This document shows, in pieces, positions 39,464 through 52,998 of a stretch of 64,000 nt of DNA. The position numbers and the translations under genes are program-made. Below the pieces are notes generated by a model. That model searched no databases. It was given only the letters and a program-made list of their open reading frames with translations, and was not told where the DNA came from. Source of the stretch: Octopus vulgaris (Eukaryota); the NCBI GenBank assembly GCA_951406725.2, contig OX597830.1, forward strand, positions 79,112,001 to 79,176,000. Direction: 5' to 3'. Position 1 is the stretch's first letter, and each line of letters opens with the position of its first letter.

Positions 39464-39925
39464 AAAGGCGGCAAGCTGGCAGAAACGTTAGCACGCCGGG
39501 CCAAATGCGTAGCCGTATTTCGTCTGCTGTTACGTTGTGAGTTCAAATTCCGCCGAGGTCGACTTTGCCTTTCATCCTTTCGGGGTCGATAAATTAAGTA
39601 CCAGTTTCACACTGGGATCGATGTAATCGACTTAATCCGTTTGTCTGTCCTTCTTTGTCCCCTCTGTGTGTAGCCCCTTGTGGGTAGTAAAGAAATAGTA
39701 TATATGAGTATATAAAAGGCGGCGAGCTGGCAGAAACGTTAGCACACCGGGCGAAATGCGTAGCCATATGTCGTCTGCTGTTACGTTGTGAGTTCAAATT
39801 CCGCCGAGGTCGACTTTGCCTTTCATCCTTTCGGGGTCGATAAATTAAGTACCAGTTACGTACTGGGATTGATGTAATCGACTTAATCCGTTTGTCTGTC
39901 CTTGTTTGTTCCCTCTATGTTTAGC
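39464..39925 (+). mobile_element. Two head-to-tail family A SINEs
   Basis: Both preceded by TATATATGAGTATATAAAAGGCGGC. Confidence 0.88.
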
Positions 39926-40101
39926 TTGTGCCGGTGGAACATAAAAGCACCCACTACACTCCCTGAGTGGTTGGTGTTAGGAAGGGCATCCAGCTGTAGA
40001 AACTCTGCCAGATCAGATTGGAGTCTGGTTTGCCAGACCTCAGTCAAATCGTCCAACCCATGCTAGCATGGAAAGCGGACGTTTAATGATGATGATAATG
40101 A

Positions 40102-40134
<33 letters not shown>

Positions 40135-40139
<5 letters not shown>

Positions 40140-40663
40140 TATATCAAATCCGTTCTGTCTGTCTGTGCGTGTCTTCTAGGATCTCGGGCATCCTCCATCC
40201 AATTGTGCTCAAATTTGATATGTAGATACCGATGGTATCAGGGTTACAAAAATCGATTCCAGGTGAGAATGCGATCCATAAAGCCGTTTTTGTCCTGCTT
40301 TTCTTCCGTCAACCTGTACATAACTGCACCTTCTATTTTTTGTTGTTTTTGTACTGCTTAAAGGCAAATTTCTTTCCTGCCAAGCTTACTATTTAAACTA
40401 TGTTTGTGTTCTCCCAGTCAACAGTCTTATCATAACTGGTACTTTAAACTCTTCGGTTGCATATTTGTGTGAATAAAATCGCTTTTCTTTGGAATAGAAA
40501 AAAGTCTATCTTTATTTCTTCTTTTCCTGGTGTCTCAAATTTAGGTTAAATAAGTGTTTCCCAAAGCGGGTGCCTATGGGACAGTCAGACAAGTTGTTTT
40601 GAGAAAATTTGGTTTAAATATTTGACAACTCAGCACCGTCCATTTGACGGGTGGGGCAGCTCG
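40135..40663 (+). mobile_element. Non-autonomous Helitron-like element, copy 2
   Basis: Homologous to 11047-11612; 3' hairpin CCGTC cattt GACGG then CTCG|T. Confidence 0.72.
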
Positions 40664-40804
40664 TATATATATGTGTGTGTATGTGTGTTTGTGTGTGTGC
40701 GTGTGTGTGTGTGTATGTATGTATGTATGCATGCACGCATGCACATACGTCTGCCTGTCTGTCTGTTAGCCAGACAGGCGTGCAGGCAGACAGACAGATA
40801 GGTG

Positions 40805-41574
40805 TGTAGCAAGAAGCTCTATGGAGATCAGAACAGATCTTCAAAGAAGAAGCCCTCTCCACCACTTCTTCGTGCAGGTGTTTTGGCTTTTAACTCCCTA
40901 CAACCTTAGGGAACCTGGCAGTACCTAGGTCTTGATTCCTGGATACCTCTCTGCTGGCACATTCTGTACCATTGTCTGCATTACACCCCTCCTATATGGT
41001 TAAGGTACCCCAGATTCAAGGTACTTTGAGTGTTGTAACCAGGTCAGTTGAAGAAATCAGTTAACTCTAGGTTAGATTATGCCTTTGAAAATTCACTTCC
41101 ATTCCTCTTTGACCAGATCCAATTGGAACTCTTCTCAACTGTTTCTGTTATTGCCCTAAGAGCTCCAGTTCTTTTTCTCCCAGAAACTGAGAGCTACTTT
41201 AAGAGATCAAATGCAGATTTGCCCACAAAATTTTCGCAGGAACCTCTGTGGTGAGGACTTTAGGAAACCAGATTCTCTCACAGTCTCATAACTAAACAGT
41301 CATATTTTTCATTATTGCAGATGTGAGCTTCCTCCATTCTGCTTTCATATAGCACAGTGAATTCAATCAGAATCAAGTATTTTGATGAAAGCAAGGTGAG
41401 TGTAATGTCTGGTCTCATAACACTTTTGTTAAAGATATCGGGGTGATTCTTCCATTCTGAAAGGTCTGCTGTGCATTTCCAGCCATCCATTCCATTCAGT
41501 AGGCCCTATTTTCATGATTCAATTGGTACACTAGTTTTAGGCCACAATTTTTTACTCTCTGCAGAACATAACAT
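40805..41574 (-). mobile_element. HERO-clade LINE 3' end: restriction-like endonuclease fossil and 3' UTR
   Basis: GWKCTADL..MRPDI..LIEFTVLYESRMEEAH..KY, then FVGKSAFDLLK..ALRAITETVEKSSNWIWSKR..stop. Confidence 0.85.
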
Positions 41575-42063
41575 ACATACATCATCAAAGACATACATCA
41601 TCTCGAAAGAGTTCAGAAGCTGGCTACCCGCATGGTTCTTGGCCTCAAGCATTTGTCTTATGAAGAAAGGCCGAAGACGCTCGACCTTTATTCTCTTGAA
41701 AAACGCCACCACCGTGGTGATCTCATTCTCACTCACAACATCATAAGCGGAAAGTGTAACCTCTCGAAAGAGCTGTTCTTCACTCCTGCTCCAGAGCGTG
41801 GGCTGTGGGGTCACTCCGAAAACTACTGCGACGATTTCATCTCAATCAAAGGAGAGGAGCTTTCTCCGTCTGGGTTGCGGATCCGTGGAATAAGCTGCCG
41901 GACGAGATAGTGAAGATACCGACGACCGCTCGGTTCAAAGTCTCTCTTGACCAGAAATGGCCTGAACTCTTTGCATGAACACCCTCCCTGTACATAACTC
42001 CATGTCCCCCTACATGGCCTTGCTTTTTGCTTTTTGAGCCAAAAAATTAACTAACTAACTAAC
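41575..42063 (+). mobile_element. CR1-clade LINE 3' fragment inserted in the HERO element
   Basis: KDIHHLERVQKLATRMV.GLKHLSYEER..LYSLEKR..RGDLI..WNKLPDEIV..FKVSLD; (TAAC)n tail; TSD AACATAACAT (41565-41574, 42061-42070). Confidence 0.93.
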
Positions 42064-42105
42064 ATAACATTGGTAGCACTACTGTCCATATTTATGTGTG
42101 TGTGT

Positions 42106-42202
<97 letters not shown>

Positions 42203-43762
42203 GCAAAGTATTAGGTCCTGGTAGGGTCTAAAGTTAGGATATTTCTAGAGAAGTACTCAATCCAAATACTGGGCTATCAACACTGTCGGGTTCCAGACCA
42301 ATGACGGAATTCCTCAGGTGTAGAAAATCCTTGTTTTACTACAATCACACCATAAAGTGGGTTTGGCAAAGAGTAAATAATCCACGTTAGAAGAAGAAGA
42401 AGAAGAAGAAGAAGAAGAAGAAGAAGAAGAAGGCGGAGGATGATGATGAGGAGGGGCGGAGGAGGAGGAGGAGGAGGAGGAAATTCTTTGCATAAACTGG
42501 TGTGGCAAGCAGAGTTGGAACCTTATCTCTGCTGCTTGAGGATGTATTATAATTATTAAATGGCAATTAAAATTAGCTTCAAAGTTGACATGTCATGAAA
42601 GAAAGGGATAGTTTATCATGTGGAGATAAGAAAACAGTCAGGGACACTTGTTCCTGACCGAAGGCTAGCACAGCAATTGTCAGACCTTATTTCCAGTAGC
42701 CAAGGGACATAGACTTATATGTGCGTGTGTGTGTGTGTGTACATATATATATATGTATATAAAGGGTAAAAAACCCCTTCGGTTATGAATGACCATGGGA
42801 TTGCACCTAGAAAGTTAACCTTCGAGGCATAAATCTGGACAAGATTGTTTATGGGGGAACCTCAGAAATGGTAAATGGTTTATGGCACAAAAGAAATCAC
42901 TTTAAACTTGCTAAAATAATATTTGGGATGTCTTTATCTCTACTAAGTATAGATGCAGATGTGTTACCTATTCTCTATTCTTTTTATTTTATCTCCTCTC
43001 CCTTTCGTTTTCCTCTCTCATTCCTTCTTTTCCTCTCCCCTTCGCCGTTCTCTGTCTGTCCCTCTCTCTCCCTCACTCTTCCACCTTTGCTCTCTCATTG
43101 CTCGCACATGACCGTCAGCCATCTTTCTTTTTCTAACTTCAATTTCCTTCTTTCTCTCTTATCAGTCACAGAGTTGGGGCGCATTCTTGTCTGTCTCCTG
43201 TCAGAGCTTGTTTCTCCGCGTTCACCAACTCAACTTGTCTAGGCTTAGCAGCCCTTCCTCTTTGTTTTCACTGTCTTGTTTTTGTTACCAACTTTAACCC
43301 ACCGCAAAATCTCAAATTTTATTTAATTTGCTTTGCGGGAGCAACTGTTAAGTCGAAAACGTATTTTGTTGTGAAATGTTCGAAATACGAAGTAGAAAAA
43401 CAGCCAACAACTGATGAAGGGTCGTTTTTTCATGTTACTTGTCTTGTTTTCCATTTATTTCTTTCGTTATTCGCAAATTAAGTTCGTATTCCATGTTTTC
43501 GTTTTTCTAGACTTTTTTCGCATTGTAAGAAACTCAACGTCCTTACTATTCTGTTATTTTATCACAATGTTTCAAGCAAGCTACAACCCTCTCCTTTTAT
43601 GTATGTATGTACGTATGTATGTATGTATGTATGTATGTATGTATGTATGTATGTATGTATGTAGGCATGTATGTATGTATGTATGTATGTATGTATGTAG
43701 GTAGGTAGGTAGGTAGGTCGGTCGGTCGATCGATAGATAGGTAGATAGATAGATAGATAGAT

Positions 43763-43804
<42 letters not shown>

Positions 43805-44451
43805 GATTCCAGACTGCAGTAAAGTACCTTGCTTAAGGACTCGATGTGCCACATTGTAGAAGAAGTGAACCCATGACTGATGGTGAGTTGAACATCGTAA
43901 CCACCAAGGCATTCACAACGTTATTTGAAACGGCGTCAACGCAGCGCGCATGACAGAATGAAAAGATCAGCTTTAAGCAAGAAGACAAGGAAATAATAGA
44001 AAACAAAGCTAATGGAATGCAGAAAACTGGGAAATATTTTGTATTGAACAATACAAAGTAATTAGCAGCAAAAACCTAAAATTCTAATGACAGGACAAAT
44101 CATTTCGGAGAATGCATTATAAAGCCATACACTAAAACATGAAAATCCCTCTCACACAAAGCAGATAAGAATAAAAGTACATTCACACAACAATAGCTTG
44201 TAGAGTCAACAACATTTTTTAATAACAGTCACACCTTACCAGAAGACAATTTGAAGTTATTTCCGAAAACATTGTCCCTCTTTTTCAGTTTAGTTAAGCA
44301 TGAGTTTCGCTTATGTACGACAATAGAAGCAGTATCAATGTTATTGACCCTGAGCACTTAGTTTGGGAAATATGTTATGAAAGCTAGGTGCAGACGGTTG
44401 AACGAAATTGTTGTTTCTACCAACATTAACATGACAATATCTACTGTAACA

Positions 44452-44850
44452 AAAGGCGGCGAGCTGGCAGAAACGTTAGCACGCCGGGCGAAAAGCGTAG
44501 CAGTATTTCGTCTGCCGCTACGTTCTGAGTTCAAATTCCGCCGAGGTCGAGTTTGCCTTTCATCCTTTCGGGGTCGATTAAATAAGTACCAGTTACGCAC
44601 TGGAGTCGATATAGTCGACTTAATCCGTTTGTCTGCCCTTGATTGTTCTCTCTATGTTTAGCCCCTTGTGGGTAGTAACGAAATAGGTATTTCGTCTCTC
44701 TTTACGTTCTGAGTTCAAATTCCGCTGAGGTCGACTTTGCTTTTCATTCTTTCGAGGTCGATAAATTATGTACCAGTTACATACTGGGGTCGATCTAATT
44801 GACTGGGCCCCTCCCCAAAGATTTCGGGTCTTGTGCCTAGAGTAGAAAAG
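44452..44850 (+). mobile_element. Family A SINE heterodimer (long tail plus short tail)
   Basis: 16-bp TSD AATATCTA(C/T)TGTAACA (44436-44451, 44851-44866). Confidence 0.9.
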
Positions 44851-46482
44851 AATATCTATTGTAACAGTAAGGCAATTAGGCAGGATTTCGTCCGTCTTTA
44901 TGTTCTGAGTCCAAATTCCGCCAGGTCGACTTTGTCTTTGACCCTTTCGGAATCGAAAAAATAAGTACCAGTTGAATATTAGGTCAATGTAATCGACCTA
45001 TCCCAATCCCCAAAGCTGCTGGCCTTGTGCCAAAATTTGAAACTAGTATCTACTGCGATCACCACCAGAACCTGGAAGGAGCATGAACGTCAAAGGGTTT
45101 ACAACCCAATAACGGACTCAGGGGCCTTGGAGGTCCTTAATCCCTTGCGTGTCCAAAACATTCTCGTAGTTTTGTCGTAAACGTTCATGCTTGTTTCAGG
45201 CTCTTAGTTAGCATTTGTTTCCTTTCATAAGCACCAGATTACTCCGGTGATTGAAAAAGAATAGGGAATACGTACCGTCATTGATGATGGACGCCAAGGA
45301 AATGTATCACATGATACGCAGGACAAGCCAGGGGTTAGGTGCAGCCTTCTGGAAAGAGCCAGGATTTTGTATATTAAGATACATTTTTGTTGAGCACACA
45401 GTACCATATTTATACTGATGCTCTTTAACAAGGCCAAATAGTAGAGCCATTGGAGAGTAGAACGAAACGATCTGCTGTATTTGTTCCAGCTTTCTGTATT
45501 CTGAGCTCAAATCACGTTGAGGTCAACTTTGTCTTTCATCCTCTCCAGAGTCGATAAAATAAAGTATCACTGGTCCCAGGGCAGCGGATTGGCGGAATTC
45601 TTAGAGCATCGGAAGAAATGCTTTGAAATATTTGTTCTGGCTCTTAGCGTCTTAAGTTCAAATCCTACTAAGTTTGACTTTGCCTTTCATTTTTTTTTTT
45701 CTGAGGTTTAAAAAGTACCACTTTATAATGATGTATAAAGGGGTGATGTATTGGTGAATGAGATACCTTGTGGTGTATGTTTTGACTTTCGGCATCCTGT
45801 GTTCAAATTCTGCACGAATTAACTTCACCTTTTATTCTTTCCGGAATCAATAAAACGAAGTTCCTCTGGTTCAGGGATGGAGGGTTGACAGAATTGTCAA
45901 AGCATCGGACGAAATACATTGAGGTATTCGTCCCGGCTCTTGACGTCCTGAGCTCAAATCCGGTCTAGATCAACTATGCATTTCACCCTTTCAGGGATCG
46001 ATAAAATAAAGTATCAGTAGTCTAGGGAGCATTGATTATTGGCGAACAAAATTCCTTGTGGTATTTGATTTCGGCTCTTGGTGTTTCTAGATCTTAGGTG
46101 GCAAACTTAACTCGTCATCCGGTTTAATACCAACAACTGGTCCTCGGATGTACCTAACGAAGTCCAATATTGTGAGCATTCGTGTCTCATTTTAGAATAA
46201 TGTCCTTCCTTCTTTTCACCAATCTCAGAAAACTAAAAATATTGTAGAGTGGGGTATCATAAGTGCTTGTGATTTCTTCAAAGATTAGACAGTAAAGTAA
46301 ATTCATTTGAAAAATGATCATTAAAAAGTTCATGATATGGACGATGGTAAAAATCTTTCATTGGTTACTCTATCGTTCATTGGTCAGTTTATCTTTCATT
46401 AGTAAGTTTACCTTTCACTGGCTAGACTGTATTTCCATTTCTTGTTATAATTACATTGAACGCGAGGTGGCCTATGCGACAT

Positions 46483-46676
46483 GGCACCAGCCCGGCTTGC
46501 GCTCTGCTGATGTGGACGTCCGGTCCAACAAAAGAAACGGGATAACCCTAACCCTAATCCTAACCCTAGTGTAGCATGATCTCGGGTGAGTTTGTGCACC
46601 AACTTGACAAACACTGCCTGGCAAGTTTCCGCTCAGTTTCCGAGCCTCGCAACGGAGCCTGAGTCAATGCGGTGCC
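46483..46676. mobile_element. MITE-like element with internal (TAACCC)n
   Basis: AT|GGCACC...GGTGCC|AT termini; TAACCCTAACCCTAATCCTAACCCTA at 46543-46568. Confidence 0.5.
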
Positions 46677-47731
46677 ATTACTCGCGACCGGCATTTAGCT
46701 TGATAGAGAATGTCTGCACATCGGCGTTTCCCTGAGGCTTGGCCACCAGGTTTCGGGGTTCTGTCCCACCCCTTGACACCATGAGCAACTGTTTTCTACT
46801 ATTGTCCCAGGTCGACCAAAACTTTGCAAGTGGATGTGATAGATGGAAACTGAAATAAGCCTGTCGTGTGTGTGTGTGTGTGTGTGTGCCCTTTTCACCG
46901 TTTGACAACTGAAGTTATTTTTTACGCCCCACCCCACCCCACAACTTAGCTGTTCGGCAAGAGAAACCGATAGAATTAATACCACACTTTTTCTAACACA
47001 AAAGAAGGTATTGGGGTCGATTCGCTTGACTGAAATCCTTCAAGGAGGCTCCCCAGCATGGCCACAGTCCAATGACTGAATCAAGTAAAAGATGAAAGAT
47101 AATCATATTACTAAACCATACTCGCTCGCCAGTGACGGCTAAATCTACTGTTGTATAACATCTTGTTCAACATCATTGACACCATCCGACTGGAAAGAGT
47201 CAAACAAAAAAAAATTTTTTAATTAAGGACAGCATTTTCCTTCCTCCAAAGAGAATAATAAGTGGTGGTGGTCGTGGTGGGGGAGGTTGCTATTTATGTA
47301 TAACTATGTTTCAATTATCCATTCGCGTCTCATGACTTCGAGGTCACAAAATTATAGAGTGACTGTTTGTCAGTTTTCTTCTATATATGGAATCCCAGAG
47401 TGGAGGGGAACATATTTCTGTTGACACATTTAGAAACATAATTCTGTAGTTTGCGTTCCATAAATTCGACGATGAAACCATTAATTTGTAATTGAGCATT
47501 TAACCGTTGCGTGCATGTGCGTGTGTGCGTGTGTGTGTGTGCGTGTGTGCGTGTGTGTGTGTGTGTGCGTGTGTGTGTGTGTGTGTGTGTTAATTACGAA
47601 TTATGAAACATCCGTGAAGCATTATCCCATGTCAGTCGATTATATCAAGACGGCAATAACACTAATAATAGAGTAGTAGGATAAGCATGACAAAGAAATA
47701 AAGGAACACCCACACATAAACACGCCTGTGT

Positions 47732-47795
<64 letters not shown>

Positions 47796-48029
47796 GTGTC
47801 TGTGCGTGTGTGTGTGTGTGTTTGATTGTGTGTGTGTGTATGTGTGTGTGTGTGTATATGTATGTCTGAATGTATGTATGTTTAGATAGATAGATACATA
47901 CATACATAAACACGTGTGTGTGAGTGTGAATGTGTGAGTGTGTGTGTGTGTATGTGTGTGTGTGTGTGCGTGTGCATACTTATGTGTGTATGTATATATA
48001 TATGTATGTCTGTATGCATATATGTATGT

Positions 48030-48448
<419 letters not shown>

Positions 48449-48769
48449 GTTTCTTTATTGGCCACACAGGGCTGCACACAGTTGTGACACGGATAAACTT
48501 GGAAAGAGAGTAATCAAAACTTATACAGAATTTGACTTAGAAATTACGCAAAACACAAAGCTGTGATCAATAAGTTTCTGAGATGTAACCCCAAAGCTAA
48601 ACACTGGAACACCTCACTACCATAAAAATCGACCCCGGGACTTATTCTTTGTAAGCCTAGTACTTATTCTATCGGTCTCTTTTGCTGAACCGCTAAGTTA
48701 CGGGGGACGTAAACACACCAGCATCGGTTGTCAAGCAATGGTGGGGAGACAAACACAGACTCACAAGCA

Positions 48770-48790
48770 TATACATACATACATACATAT

Positions 48791-48825
<35 letters not shown>

Positions 48826-50070
48826 CATACATACATACATACATACATACATACATACATACATACATACATACATACATACATCCAAACATACATACAA
48901 ACATACATACATACATACATACATACATACATACATACATACATACATACATACATACATACATACATACATACATACATACATACATACATACATACAT
49001 ACATACATACATACATACATACATACATACACATACATACATACATACATACATACAAACATACATACATACATACATACATACATACATACATACATAC
49101 ATACATACATACATACATACATACATACACACATACATACATACATACATACATACATACATACATACATACACACATACATACATACATACATACATAC
49201 ATACATACATACATACATACATACATACATACACACATACATACATGTATACATACATACATACATACATGTATACATACATACATACATACATACATAC
49301 ACACATACATACATACATACATACATACATACATACATACATACATACATACATACATACATGTACATACATACATACATACATACACACATACATACAT
49401 ACATACATACATACATACATACATACATACATACATACATACACACATACATACATGTATACATACATACATACATACATACACACATACATACATACAT
49501 ACATACATACATACATACATACATACATACATACACACATACATACATACATACATACATACATACACACATACATACATACATACATACATACATACAT
49601 ACATACATACATACATACATGTATACATACATACATACATACATACATACATACATACATACATACATACATACATACATACATACACACATACATACAT
49701 ACATACATACATACATACATACATACACACATACATACATACATACATACATACATACATACATACATACATACATACATACATACATACATACATACAT
49801 ACATACATACATACATACATACATACATACATACATACATACATACATACATACATACATACATGTATACATACATACATACATACATACACACATACAT
49901 ACATGTATACATACATACATACATACATACATACATACATACATACATACATACATACATACATACATACATACATACATACATACATACACACATACAT
50001 ACATACATACATACATACATACATACATACATACATACATAGGTAGACAGACAGACAGACAGACAGACAG
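48770..50070. repeat. ~1.25-kb (CATA)n microsatellite
   Basis: Direct reading; variant units CACA and CATG. Confidence 0.98.
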
Positions 50071-50130
50071 CAAAGATAATATTTACGCGCACGCGTGTGT
50101 ATGAAAGAGAGAGAGAGAGAGATATACTAA

Positions 50131-50808
50131 TACTCTTACTCTCTTTTACTCTTTTACTTGTTTCAGTCATTTGACTGCGGCCATGCTGGAGCACCGCCCT
50201 TAGTCGAATCAAATCGACCCCAGGACTTATTCTTTGTAAGCCTAGTACTTATTCTATCAGTCTCTTTTGCTGAACCGCTAAGTTACGGGACGTAAACACA
50301 CCAGCGTCGGTTGTCAAGCAATGGTGGGGGGGACAAACACAGACACACAAACACAGACACACACACGCATATATATATATATATATATATACGACGGGCT
50401 TCTTCCAGTTTCCGTCTACCACATCCACTCACAAGGCTTTGGTCGGCTCGAGGCTATGGTAGAAGACACTTGCCCAAGGTGTCACGTAGTGAGCCTGAAC
50501 CCGGAACCATGTGGTTGTTAAGCAAGCTAGGAAGGCGGCGAGCTGGCAGAAACGTTAGCACGCCGGATGAAATGCTTAGCGGTATTTCGTCTGTCGTTAT
50601 GTTGTGAGTTCAAATTCCGCCGAGATTGACTTTGCCTTTCATCCTTTCGGGGTCGACAAATTAAGTACCAGTTCCGCACTGGAGTCGATGTAATCGACTT
50701 AATACCTATGTCTGTCCTTGTTTGTCCCCTCTAGGTTTAGCCCCTTGTGGGTAATAAAGAAATAGGTTGGTAAGCAAGCTACTTACCACACAGCAACTCC
50801 TGCGCCTA
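50131..50808 (-). mobile_element. CORE-SINE family B with nested family A SINE (50531-50764, +)
   Basis: 17-bp TSD GGTTG(T/G)TAAGCAAGCTA (50513-50529, 50765-50781). Confidence 0.9.
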
Positions 50809-50871
50809 ATACACTTCATTACAGATATCAATTGAATCATATCTAGCCTCTTCAAACAGAAATATTCAATA

Positions 50872-51037
50872 TAGGCGCAGGAGTGGCTACGTGGTAAGTA
50901 GCTCGCTTACCAACCACATGGTTCCGGGTTCAGTCCCACTGCGTGCCATTTGGGTAAGTGTCTTCTACTATAGCCTCGGGCCGACCAAAGCCTTGTGAGT
51001 GGATTTGGTCGACGGAAACTGAAAGAAGCTCGTCGTA
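50872..51037 (+). mobile_element. CORE-SINE family B, 5' half
   Basis: AGGCGCAGGAGTGGCT head through GAAACTGAAAGAAGC. Confidence 0.85.
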
Positions 51038-51078
51038 TATATATATGTATGTATGTGTGTGTTGTGTGTGTGTGTGTA

Positions 51079-51948
51079 GAGGACCTGCGGCAATTTGCAA
51101 AGTCAGCTGACAAACATTTTTTTATCCAGTGGTGTCATGATCAATGCCATAGGGTCGGCCCCGAGACAGGGTAGGGTTAAGCATGATGACCTGCGCTTCA
51201 ACCACGCAAAGTTCGGGAAAAAGGCGACAAAGTGCAAACAACCATGTAGCTTCAGGACCTGGTGAAGCACCAGTGACCCAGGTAAATTCCAGGGCCGGCC
51301 GCTATTTGAACGCCCTGGTGGCCGGCAAACATAACCAAATGCTCTTCTATGTCCGCGATCGCAGCTCCGGTCGCAGATTCCTAATCGACACAGGAGCAGA
51401 AGTCAGCGTGATCCCGGCACCAGCAAGGGAGCTCCGTCACGGAAAGCGGAGCCAACCTTTAACAGCCGCCAACGGGTCCACAATCGAGGCACACGGTCGT
51501 CGGACCCTTTCTCTCAACATCGGCTCACAAAAATACACATGGGCATTCACCATCGCCGATGTCCATCAGCCCATATCGGTGCACACTTGCTACTGGTTGA
51601 TCTGCGGGGAAGACTCCTCGACAACAACACATACTCTTCCGTGCCTCTTGCAACATCTGTACATAACCCCACCCCCCGCGCATAGCAACCATCTCGCAGA
51701 CCAAGAACGAATTCTCGGATCTTCTTGTAAGTCGCCCCAATCTCACCACTCCGGCATTCTCCAAACCTACAGCCCGCCACGGGGTGACACACCACATTTC
51801 CACCACCGGCCCCCAGTGCACAGCCGCGCACGTCGTCTATCACCAGACAAACTTGCAATTGCAAAGGCCGAGTTCAACAATATGGGGGCATTAGGCATTG
51901 TTCGCCGATCAAGCAGTCCCTTGTCATCACCCCTGCATGTGGCCCCCC
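51079..51948 (+). mobile_element. Ty3/Gypsy gag C-terminus, aspartic protease and RT start, frameshifted
   Basis: DLRQFAKSADK; FNHAKFGKKATKCKQPCSF; RFLIDTGAEVSVIP; LTAANGSTI; RARRLSPDKLAIAKAEF..GIVRRSSSPLSSPLHV. Confidence 0.92.
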
Positions 51949-52666
51949 AAATCCAATTTCCGTCTACCAAATTTGCTCACAAGGCATTAATCAGCCCAGC
52001 GCTATAGCAAAAGACACTTGCCTTAGGTGCTGTGCAGTAGGGTTGTATCCGAGACCTCGTATTTGCAAAGCGATTTTCTAAACTACACATCCATGTCTGC
52101 GCCTACAGAATTTTCTGTTCTTTCTTCGTATTTTTCTAAAACTGTCACGAGCTTTTTGGTACATAACCTGCCTGATATCTTGTCTAATCAGCACCGAAGA
52201 CATAAAACTAGATAGCTAATTGTATGAATAGACGTCTAACCAAGTAGATATATAAATAGCTAGATAACATATATAAGCAGACAGAATATAAGACAGATAG
52301 ACATACACTGGTTACTAAAACTATTAATGTATTTTCAGCTAGATGCACGCATGGCTGTGTAGTTAAAAGCTTGCTTTCCAACTACGTGTGTGTGCATATA
52401 CATACGTGTGATCACGTGCGCGTCTTTGTGTCTGTATTTGTCCATCACTGCTTGAAGACCGGTGCTGTTTTGTTTACGTCTCTATAACTTAGTGGTTCAG
52501 CAAACGAGATTGATAGGACAAGTGTCAGACTTAAAACGTAAGTACTTGGGTCTATTCGGTTGGCTAAACACTCTCAAGGCGATGCCCAACACGGACGGTT
52601 GCAGTTCAATGACCGAATCAAATAAAAGATATTGTGGTATATATATATTTCTGCGTGAGTGCGCGC

Positions 52667-52699
<33 letters not shown>

Positions 52700-52785
52700 A
52701 AATAGGGCGTTATGTTATAAACATATCAATGAAAACAGCCTTCTATTTAGTTGTTTATTCGATGGTACTCAAGTACCCTCGCAAG

Positions 52786-52998
52786 AAGGCGGCGAGTTGG
52801 CAGAAACGTTAGCACGCCGGGCGAAATGCGTAGCCGTATTTCGTCTGCCGCTACGTTCTGAGTTCAAATTCCGCCGAGGTCGACTTTGCCTTTCATCCTT
52901 TCGGGGTCGATTAAATAAGTACCAGTTACGCACTGGGGTCGTTGTAATCGACTTAATCCGTTTGTCTGTCCTTGTTTGTCCTCTCTGAATTTAGCCCC
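52786..52998 (+). mobile_element. Family A SINE, near consensus
   Basis: A box, B box and core intact. Confidence 0.88.

Noticed and set aside
45276-45348. Minus-strand 73-nt exon candidate (TTCCAG| ... ACG|GTACGT)
   Set aside because: Phase-0 splicing from the 61114 exon meets a stop; the only open frame is unrecognisable
48664-50212. 447-483 aa ORFs (MYVC/HTYI repeats)
   Set aside because: Translation of the (CATA)n microsatellite; the same applies to poly-I/L/YI/CV ORFs throughout
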